7,445 nt of DNA from a virus (taxonomy: Monodnaviria; Loebvirae; Hofneiviricota; Faserviricetes; Tubulavirales; Inoviridae): the IMG/VR virus record IMGVR_UViG_2734482785_000001, positions 1 to 7,445 of that record; one strand, 5' to 3'. The notes beneath the pieces were generated by a model. That model ran no database searches. It saw only the letters and a program-made list of their open reading frames with translations, and had not been told where the DNA came from. Within the stretch, counting starts at the first letter, position 1. Each line of letters opens with the position of its first letter. This document shows, piece after piece, positions 1 to 5,839 of the stretch. A program made the translations under genes and the position numbers.

Positions 1-1
1 A

Positions 2-103
2 CATTGGTACGCATAATGTAGTATGCGTTATGTTGAAAAGGCCGCTGCTAGACTTTCATCCGGCAGCGGCCTTTTTATACATAACGCCATTGTGCGTACC
101 AAA
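2..103. repeat. Long imperfect inverted repeat (hairpin) with dif-like arms enclosing a terminator stem
   Basis: Read directly: 4-18 (TTGGTACGCATAATG) is complementary to 88-102 with one T/G mismatch; 25-33 (GCGTTATGT) is complementary to 79-87; 19-24 (TAGTAT) is an unpaired bulge. 6-16 GGTACGCATAA resembles the E. coli dif XerC arm GGTGCGCATAA and 28-38 TTATGTTGAAA resembles the XerD arm TTATGTTAAAT. Confidence 0.6.
36..77. terminator. Bidirectional rho-independent terminator (9-bp GC-rich stem, A-run 5-prime, T-run 3-prime)
   Basis: Stem 40-48 GGCCGCTGC pairs with 63-71 GCAGCGGCC, loop 49-62, flanked by AAAA (36-39) and TTTTT (72-76). It lies just downstream of the minus-strand ORF ending at 108. 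Confidence 0.75.
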
Positions 104-107
104 TTTT

Positions 108-509
108 TTATTTTTCAGATTTGAATAGAGGATCTACTTTGTAGATTAAAGGAACTATTTCATAATTCATTCTTGGGAATGTCATTATCCTTATCATCAT
201 TGCTGCTTTTCTTTCATCATCGAATATGAGTGCATCCCTTAAATTTCTTGTCCATTCAGCTTTTTCACCCCCTTCAAAGTCATGCGTCAAACCCTTGAAA
301 TATAAAGCTTTTTTCTTTTTTCTTATAGTGTATGCTTTAGCTTCATTCATGACGATGTATTGAAAGTCCAGTTCTCCAATAGGGCATTCTATTAATGCTT
401 CTGTCTCTTTGATTTTTTCAACTATTCTTTCTGATAATTGTTCGCAGTCTAAGCAGTTGGCTTTTTCAATAACAACTATTTTTTTCCTTTTTCCATCTTT
501 TTTAAGCAT
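108..509 (-). CDS. Hypothetical protein (133 aa), function unknown; second gene of divergent accessory module
   Basis: Intact ATG-initiated ORF with no competing ORF, followed in its own orientation by the terminator at 36-77. Lys/Glu-rich; I recognise no family motif. Confidence 0.55.
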   Translation of the reverse strand: MLKKDGKRKKIVVIEKANCLDCEQLSERIVEKIKETEALIECPIGELDFQYIVMNEAKAYTIRKKKKALYFKGLTHDFEGGEKAEWTRNLRDALIFDDERKAAMMIRIMTFPRMNYEIVPLIYKVDPLFKSEK

Positions 510-540
510 GGTCTTTTTTCTTCATTTGGTTAAAATTTGC

Positions 541-596
541 ACCGCGAAGCGGTTCGGGGTTCTGTGACACCCGAACTTTGGTGCGGTTTCCCGCAC
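541..596. other. Cluster of three short GC-rich stem-loops in an AT-rich intergenic spacer
   Basis: H1: 541-545 ACCGC / 549-553 GCGGT, loop GAA. H2: 552-558 GTTCGGG / 570-576 CCCGAAC, 11-nt loop. H3: 581-586 GTGCGG / 591-596 CCGCAC, loop TTTC, followed on the plus strand by TTATTTTTT (597-605). Confidence 0.5.
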
Positions 597-905
597 TTAT
601 TTTTTGTATAGTCCGTTTTTTTCGTTCTCTTCATAAGCTTTATTCACTCGATCATGCCGCCTTTTTTCTGCTTCTTCGTGCGCTTCGTAGAATCGAGTGT
701 GATTCTCTGCCTCTAATGCTTTTCTTTTTATGTTGCTTACCACATCTTTAGCAGCATCTTTTGCATAATTATCAATGAGATAATTAACTATATCCGTCCA
801 CGCTATAGATGTTCCTGCTTCTTGGCTTGCATCGATAGCCAATCGTTCCATTTTGATTTTACGCTCGGCAGTAATTGCCATCGTAGTTCGCTTGAATAGT
901 GCCAT
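597..905 (-). CDS. Putative ribbon-helix-helix (RHH)-like DNA-binding regulator (102 aa), divergent from gII
   Basis: ORF on the minus strand whose start faces the gII start across a 72-bp spacer. The N-terminal region (KIKMERLAIDASQEAG-TS-IAWTDIVNYLI) fits a beta-strand/helix/G-x-S-T turn/helix pattern seen in Arc/CopG/ParD-type RHH proteins. Start codon choice (M1 vs M9) is uncertain. Confidence 0.5.
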   Translation of the reverse strand: MALFKRTTMAITAERKIKMERLAIDASQEAGTSIAWTDIVNYLIDNYAKDAAKDVVSNIKRKALEAENHTRFYEAHEEAEKRRHDRVNKAYEENEKNGLYKK

Positions 906-977
906 CTCATTTCTAACCTTTGGGTGGAATTAGGGTAGGTATCTTATCGTAATGCATGTGCTTGCGTATCTGCATGC
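906..977. promoter_or_regulatory. Divergent control region between the RHH gene and gII, with palindromic ATGCATGC-type repeats continuing into the gII 5-prime end
   Basis: 72-bp spacer between divergent starts. ATGCATG at 952-958 and TGCATGC at 971-977, with further copies at 980-987 and 1024-1032; GTATCT repeated at about 936, 966 and 989. Confidence 0.4.
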
Positions 978-2165
978 TTGCATGCATCTGTATCTGTGTG
1001 CTATAAATTTTTTATTGATATACATGCATGCAGGTATAAGGGCTTTGTTGTGTTCTACGATTGGTTGAGTATTGAACAGGATTTTGGCTACCAATTACCC
1101 ATCCTTTCAGATGTGGCTTATCAGCGTATTCATCTTGATAGCGGTGAAGCCAGTGCTTTATCTCAACCAACCTTCCAGCATCGTGGTTCTTTCTGTGATG
1201 TTGTCTCGATCTCGATCCGTGGTTCAGTGTTAAAAATGACTGGAAACCCTTCTCGCTGGGGACGTCTTGATAATCTCTTTGGCCTTCCGACTGTAGATAC
1301 TTGTGTCATGGTATTTAATCAGATTCTAACTGAACTGAAATTACCTTTATTTACCAAGTGTACAAAGTTAATGCCTGGACAATCGAAAGAGAATGAAAAA
1401 GCCCATTTGATTACTGATGGTGCTTTAATTAAAGAACTGCATATAACATCAAACAAATCAGTAGGGAAGGGGAATGAGGATGATTATATATCAGGTCTTT
1501 CTACTCAACCTTACAGGAATAGTATTCCACGGTTGCATTCCAATGGGAAATCTGTTGACTGGCTTTCAAAAAAAGGCAATGTCAATCTTATATACCCAAC
1601 AGTATATAACAAAGCTCATGAGCTTGAGTTGCATAGTCTTGCGAAAATCAAAAATAAATTCCCAGATGATTCTAAAGAATTTAATTATATAATGAATGTT
1701 ATTAATTACTGCAAGGACAACGGCATTGTCAGGTTTGAACAGAAATTAAAGTCTCGTTTTCTTCAAAAAAAATCTCTGTGCTATTGGGGACTTTCTGATT
1801 ATTCTTTGTTAAATAAGTTACATTCTGAATTTCTTGAGCTTGATGAAAAGTTATCGGTGAATGCTATGGACTTTGAAACTATTAGTGAACATCTTATTAG
1901 TCGTGGTGTTGTTGACACTACTCGTGCTGCCAATACTACAGCCATGTATGCAATTCAATGGTTTCATGGCCATTCTTTTGATTTAAATAAAAGGCAAGTA
2001 AAACAACATCGAGCAAGATTAAGAATGATAGGGATTGATATTGCTCAAAAATGTAATGTTTCCAAATTTTCTCCTGTTGTTGTGAAACAAACAAGAGAAA
2101 TAACCGTTTCGGATTGTGTTATTCCTTCTTGGTATATAAAGCCATCTTATTTACGTGCAGCTTAA
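978..2165 (+). CDS. II: Gene II-type rolling-circle replication initiation protein (pII family)
   Basis: 395-aa ORF. Recalled Ff pII-like motifs: N-terminal FIDxxxC, NPSRWGRLDNLFG (cf. ASPAKVLQGHNVFG) and VRFEQKLKSRFL (cf. VRFEARIKTRYL). Position and size match Ff gII. The start at 978 is TTG with no clear SD; alternatives are GTG 996 or GTG 1050 (the latter preceded by AAGGG). Confidence 0.85.
   Translation: MHASVSVCYKFFIDIHACRYKGFVVFYDWLSIEQDFGYQLPILSDVAYQRIHLDSGEASALSQPTFQHRGSFCDVVSISIRGSVLKMTGNPSRWGRLDNLFGLPTVDTCVMVFNQILTELKLPLFTKCTKLMPGQSKENEKAHLITDGALIKELHITSNKSVGKGNEDDYISGLSTQPYRNSIPRLHSNGKSVDWLSKKGNVNLIYPTVYNKAHELELHSLAKIKNKFPDDSKEFNYIMNVINYCKDNGIVRFEQKLKSRFLQKKSLCYWGLSDYSLLNKLHSEFLELDEKLSVNAMDFETISEHLISRGVVDTTRAANTTAMYAIQWFHGHSFDLNKRQVKQHRARLRMIGIDIAQKCNVSKFSPVVVKQTREITVSDCVIPSWYIKPSYLRAA
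1866..2165 (+). CDS. X: Candidate gene X-like in-frame internal product (C-terminal 99 aa of pII)
   Basis: In-frame ATG at 1866 (Met297 of 395) preceded by GGTGA about 6 nt upstream; proportionally analogous to Ff pX, which starts at Met300 of 410. Inference by analogy only. Confidence 0.3.
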   Translation: MDFETISEHLISRGVVDTTRAANTTAMYAIQWFHGHSFDLNKRQVKQHRARLRMIGIDIAQKCNVSKFSPVVVKQTREITVSDCVIPSWYIKPSYLRAA

Positions 2166-2178
2166 TATTAGGTGTATT

Positions 2179-2451
2179 ATGATTAAGATTGAAATTAAAC
2201 CTTCTCAAGCTGTTGTAGATACTCGTAGTGGTGTTTCTAAGAGCACTGGTAAACCATATACGATATCTGAACAGTCTGGTTATATTTTCCTCGGTGGGGA
2301 TTACCCTCAACTATTTAAAATTCCTCTTGAACAAGGCCAGGCTCCATATCCGGCTGGTTTGTATCAGTTGCATCCTTCCAGTATTTTTGTTGGTGACTTT
2401 CAAAAATTACGTATTGGTAAAATTGTTTTAATTTCTATTACAGAAAAGTGA
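2179..2451 (+). CDS. V: Gene V-type ssDNA-binding protein
   Basis: 90-aa product MIKIEIKPSQ...PYPAGLYQLHPSS... is clearly similar to recalled M13 and IKe gene V proteins. ATG at 2179 is preceded by AGGTG (2170-2174). The ORF-track start at 2155 overlaps gII and is rejected. Confidence 0.9.
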   Translation: MIKIEIKPSQAVVDTRSGVSKSTGKPYTISEQSGYIFLGGDYPQLFKIPLEQGQAPYPAGLYQLHPSSIFVGDFQKLRIGKIVLISITEK

Positions 2452-2457
2452 TAAGTT

Positions 2458-2685
2458 ATGGAATCTCATGATAAAGTTATTATTGCCTCTATTTGTGATA
2501 TTAAACCCAGTGGTGACTGTAAGGAAGTCAAGTTAACTTTTTCTGAGATTCCATACCAGCAATTCTCTGATATTGATTATTCAACATTTGCTCAATATTG
2601 GGGGGTTGCTTTTACTTCGGTTGTTGCTTTGTATTTATTTTCACATTGCATCAGCTTGATTATCAAGTTAATACGAAATGCATAA
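2458..2685 (+). CDS. Small protein with C-terminal hydrophobic helix in the gVII/gIX position (possible minor coat protein)
   Basis: 75-aa ORF between gV and gVIII; the C-terminal WGVAFTSVVALYLFSHCISLIIKL is a single predicted TM helix. Ff phages have two roughly 32-aa genes here, so the assignment is uncertain. Confidence 0.4.
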   Translation: MESHDKVIIASICDIKPSGDCKEVKLTFSEIPYQQFSDIDYSTFAQYWGVAFTSVVALYLFSHCISLIIKLIRNA

Positions 2686-2698
2686 ATGGTGGATTTTT

Positions 2699-2929
2699 AT
2701 GAAAAAGATCATTTCATTAGGTTCATTACTGGCAGCTTCATTTTCTATGCCTTCTTTTGCTGCTGAATCAGGTACACCTTCTTCAGGGGTTGATTTGAGT
2801 CAACTTACCAATTCAATTGATTTTGGTTCTGTTCTTACTGGTATTATGGCCGTAGCAGCATCATTAGTTGTACTTTATGCTGGTATTGCTGGCGTTCGTT
2901 GGATTCTTCGTACAGTTAAATCGGCTTAA
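2699..2929 (+). CDS. VIII: Gene VIII-type major coat protein precursor
   Basis: 76-aa product with signal peptide MKKIISLGSLLAASFSMPSFA and likely cleavage after SFA, an acidic/polar N-terminal mature segment, a hydrophobic core GIMAVAASLVVLYAGIAG and a basic C-terminus RWILRTVKSA. Followed immediately by a strong terminator, as in Ff. Confidence 0.85.
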   Translation: MKKIISLGSLLAASFSMPSFAAESGTPSSGVDLSQLTNSIDFGSVLTGIMAVAASLVVLYAGIAGVRWILRTVKSA

Positions 2930-2941
2930 TCTATTAAGGTA

Positions 2942-2965
2942 AGGGGAGTTCCTCCCCTTTTTTTG
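2942..2965 (+). terminator. Rho-independent terminator downstream of gVIII
   Basis: Stem 2942-2948 AGGGGAG pairs with 2952-2958 CTCCCCT, loop TTC, followed by a T-run through about 2964. Confidence 0.8.
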
Positions 2966-3015
2966 GTTATGATTTTAAATTTCTGGTATTTAATGAGTTT
3001 TTTCTGGGGACTTTT

Positions 3016-4488
3016 ATGCGCTTGGGCTGTAATCAAAGGGCTATCGCTTTAACATCTCTTTTTATATTTTTTTTCTCTTTATTAATTCCAGTGCAGAAAG
3101 TTTACTCTAATCCTTTACTTGTAACTAGGGCAGTTCTTCCAACTGTGCTTGGTAGGGTGATTTCATCTAGAGCTCTTCAGGTAACGACTACCGAATCTGC
3201 TTATTCATTAATGGTTCGGAATACATCTACAGCAGTATCTAAAACTGTGTTATCAAAATCGCCATCTATTGCCAGCAAGGGCTTTTTCCGTAGTGCTTCA
3301 GGTGCATTGACATGGGCTGGAGTTGGATATTCCGTTGGGTCTCTTACTGCTGAAAATTTTTCTGATAATGGTCGTTATTTAATTGCCACATCTGGTAAAG
3401 CTTTAGGTAACGGTAAATGGGAGGTTAATTTTGGTGATAAAACGTTTACTGTAGATTTTGAACCAACTTCTGATAATCCTTTTGTCATCAGTGCTGACTC
3501 ACTTAATATGAATAGTTATGATACTGTTGATAAGGTAAGTGCCGGTTATCGTTGGTGGCAATGTACTTATGGTACATCTTGTAAGGGGCCATTTATTGTA
3601 GGTTCTGTTACTGGGGTTGCTCAAGGATATTTTAATTCAGTTGCATCAGGTGGTGGTTTAACTTGCCGGGCACCTGATAAATCTTGTAGCTATAAGTTGA
3701 ATATTTTATCGGTAAATGAAGGACAAGAGGGGGCGGTCTCGGTTGTAAAATATATCTATACTTCTTCTTATTTAAATACAGATGGTGAGTCAATAACTAC
3801 TACTATTACTCCTATTCAGGGTATACAGGTGTATTTTAATAAGGATTTTGATAAGGCTCTAGAGGTTCTTTTTTCTGATTATAAGATGGCAACTGATGAT
3901 GATGGGTTTTCTGTTATGGATGGATTAAAGAAAGTTCCTATGGATTTGGATACTCTTGCTAAGATGATAAATAATTTATTAATGGACGCAGCATCCCAGC
4001 CAGATTATCAGGGAGTCCCTGTATCTTCAACAAATCCTGTAACATCGAATGAAATAAAAGTTGCTTATCCTAATTATGGTTCTTTGACAGAATTTGATTA
4101 TATGTATCCAGCTCAAAATTCACCATCTTCTGATGTGAATATTAGTGTGCCTGGATTTTCTTCTGGTGAATCAGGTGGCGGTTCTGATAATGGTACAAAT
4201 AATCCTGATTTTAGTCATCCAGACGTCCCTGAACCGACGCTAGATACACCACCTTCTGCGGAGGAGATACTTCGTCCAATTAAAGAACTTTTTAATCAGT
4301 ATCGAGATTTAGAAGTACGTCCATCAGGTCTTTCTGCTACATGTCCTGTTGCTAAATTTAATGTGTTTGATAGAGATTACGTTATTGATATGCATTGCGT
4401 ATTTTTGGAGGAATACCGTTCTTTTATTGGTGTCATTTCTTCTTTGATATGGGCTTTAATTTCCTTGCGTATTTTGCTTTCTACGTGA
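3016..4488 (+). CDS. III: Gene III-type minor coat / adsorption protein
   Basis: 490-aa ORF with SD GGGGA 5 nt upstream. N-terminal signal peptide, Cys pairs (WWQCTYGTSCKG, LTCRAPDKSCSY), a Gly/Ser-rich linker (SGESGGGSDNGTNN) and a C-terminal hydrophobic anchor (FIGVISSLIWALISLRILL); position after gVIII. Confidence 0.85.
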   Translation: MRLGCNQRAIALTSLFIFFFSLLIPVQKVYSNPLLVTRAVLPTVLGRVISSRALQVTTTESAYSLMVRNTSTAVSKTVLSKSPSIASKGFFRSASGALTWAGVGYSVGSLTAENFSDNGRYLIATSGKALGNGKWEVNFGDKTFTVDFEPTSDNPFVISADSLNMNSYDTVDKVSAGYRWWQCTYGTSCKGPFIVGSVTGVAQGYFNSVASGGGLTCRAPDKSCSYKLNILSVNEGQEGAVSVVKYIYTSSYLNTDGESITTTITPIQGIQVYFNKDFDKALEVLFSDYKMATDDDGFSVMDGLKKVPMDLDTLAKMINNLLMDAASQPDYQGVPVSSTNPVTSNEIKVAYPNYGSLTEFDYMYPAQNSPSSDVNISVPGFSSGESGGGSDNGTNNPDFSHPDVPEPTLDTPPSAEEILRPIKELFNQYRDLEVRPSGLSATCPVAKFNVFDRDYVIDMHCVFLEEYRSFIGVISSLIWALISLRILLST

Positions 4489-4503
4489 CATTGAGGTTTT
4501 AAA

Positions 4504-4797
4504 ATGGCTTTATTTGGATTGTTATTTAGTATCGTTAATGTTCTTTTAGGTTTTATTTTTAGAACTGTTATCATTAGGTTTGTTTTGTTTTTTGGACTTC
4601 TTTTTGTTGTTCATGAGTTCATTTATGTATTATCTTCATGGATACCATTTAATTTTAACATACCAGCTTTATTTCGAGCTTTACCTGCTCCTATGTGGTA
4701 TTTTTTTGATTTATTTAAGTTCAATGAAGGTTTTCAGTTAATATTTAACGCATATATTACTCGTTTTATTATTCGTAGAATTCCGATTATTGGTTAG
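4504..4797 (+). CDS. VI: Gene VI-type minor coat protein (hydrophobic)
   Basis: 97-aa highly hydrophobic ORF with SD GAGG 7 nt upstream of ATG 4504. Position between gIII and gI and size are comparable to Ff pVI (112 aa). Confidence 0.7.
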   Translation: MALFGLLFSIVNVLLGFIFRTVIIRFVLFFGLLFVVHEFIYVLSSWIPFNFNIPALFRALPAPMWYFFDLFKFNEGFQLIFNAYITRFIIRRIPIIG

Positions 4798-4801
4798 TGT
4801 T

Positions 4802-5839
4802 ATGCCTATTTCTGCTTATGTTGGTTCTTTAGGTAGTGGTAAATCATACGAGGTTGTTTCTAGTGTTATTGTACCTGCTTGTTCTTCTGGGCGTCGTGTT
4901 GTTACTAATATTTACGGTATAAATAAAGATAAAATTCATGCTTATTGCATGAAAAAATCAAAATCGGGGAAAGATATATCCTTAGGTGATGTTATTTATG
5001 TTTCTAATGATGATATCAAAGCTGATGATTTTTTCCCATATAAAGATTCTCGTCCTGAAGATACATTTTGTCAGTATGGAGATTTGATTGTTATTGATGA
5101 ATCCTGGCGCATTTGGGATAGTGACAAATCCATTTGTGAGAATCATCGTTCATTTATTGCAGAGCATCGTCATTTTACTAATATTGAAACTGGTGTTTGT
5201 TGTGACCTTGTTGTTATAAATCAGGAGGTTTCTTCTTTACCTCGTTTTATTAAAGCAAGGTTAGACACTACTTTTAGAATGCAAAAGCATATTGCTATTG
5301 GCATGAAGAGTCGTTATCGTGTCGATGTTTTTAATGGTTCTAAACTTTATAAGTCAAACAAGATTACAAGTTATCAGAGGAAATATAATCCAGATATATT
5401 TCCTTTGTATAAATCATATGAGAATGGGGATGGCAAAGAACTTACTGTTGATAATCGGGCTAGCATTTTAGGCAAGAAAAGTTTGTATTTTGTTGTTCTT
5501 GCTATGATTCTCATTTTCATATTTAGCATTGGTTATCTTTATAGGTTTTTTAATGGTGGTTTGGTCAAGAGTGATGCTTCTGACTTGCCGCCTCAGGACT
5601 CTAATTTCCGTTCTGTTAATTTTAATTCAGTTCCTGAAATTCCAAATACACCTAAATTATCTTCAACTTGGCGTATCGTTGGAAAACTTGAAAGAGAAGG
5701 GCGTAGTTATGTGATAATTACAAATAATTCAGGTCTTGTCCGTATGGTTCCTGCTTCTACCTTTAATTATCAAGGTGTTTTACTTACAGGAATTGTTGAT
5801 GGTGAGCTTGTTACTTTTTATTCAGGTGGTGACAAATGA
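4802..5839 (+). CDS. I: Gene I-type assembly ATPase (Zot-family P-loop NTPase)
   Basis: Walker A GSLGSGKS about 10 residues from the N-terminus (cf. M13 GKLGSGKT), Walker B LIVIDESW, and an internal TM segment LYFVVLAMILIFIFSIGYLY. ATG 4802 is preferred over the ORF-track TTG at 4790, which overlaps the gVI stop. Stop overlaps the gIV start (ATGA at 5836-5839). Confidence 0.9.
   Translation: MPISAYVGSLGSGKSYEVVSSVIVPACSSGRRVVTNIYGINKDKIHAYCMKKSKSGKDISLGDVIYVSNDDIKADDFFPYKDSRPEDTFCQYGDLIVIDESWRIWDSDKSICENHRSFIAEHRHFTNIETGVCCDLVVINQEVSSLPRFIKARLDTTFRMQKHIAIGMKSRYRVDVFNGSKLYKSNKITSYQRKYNPDIFPLYKSYENGDGKELTVDNRASILGKKSLYFVVLAMILIFIFSIGYLYRFFNGGLVKSDASDLPPQDSNFRSVNFNSVPEIPNTPKLSSTWRIVGKLEREGRSYVIITNNSGLVRMVPASTFNYQGVLLTGIVDGELVTFYSGGDK

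Noticed and set aside
6-38. Canonical 28-bp dif site
   Set aside because: Both arms are recognisable, but they are separated by 11 nt rather than the 6-bp central region, so it is not a standard chromosomal dif; kept only as a dif-like hairpin element.
1474-1692. 72-aa plus-strand ORF inside gII in another frame
   Set aside because: Fully nested in the well-supported gII frame; hydrophobic T-rich translation typical of an out-of-frame read of AT-rich coding DNA.
2155-2178. Upstream extension of gV (MQLNIRCI...) from the ORF track
   Set aside because: It would overlap the gII stop; the homology begins at MIKIEIKP and ATG 2179 has an AGGTG SD.
2119-2310. 63-aa minus-strand ORF across the gII/gV junction
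   Set aside because: Antisense to two strongly supported genes; no start context; inoviral structural modules are single-stranded in organisation.
2228-2431. 67-aa plus-strand ORF inside gV in another frame
   Set aside because: Nested in the conserved gV frame; chance hydrophobic ORF.
4377-4574. 65-aa minus-strand ORF overlapping the gIII end and gVI start
   Set aside because: Antisense to supported genes; Lys/Ile-rich chance ORF in AT-rich DNA.
4790-4801. TTG start for gI at 4790
   Set aside because: It overlaps the gVI stop codon; ATG 4802 gives Ff-like spacing to the Walker A motif.
5529-5714. 61-aa plus-strand ORF inside gI in another frame
   Set aside because: Nested alternative-frame ORF with no independent support.
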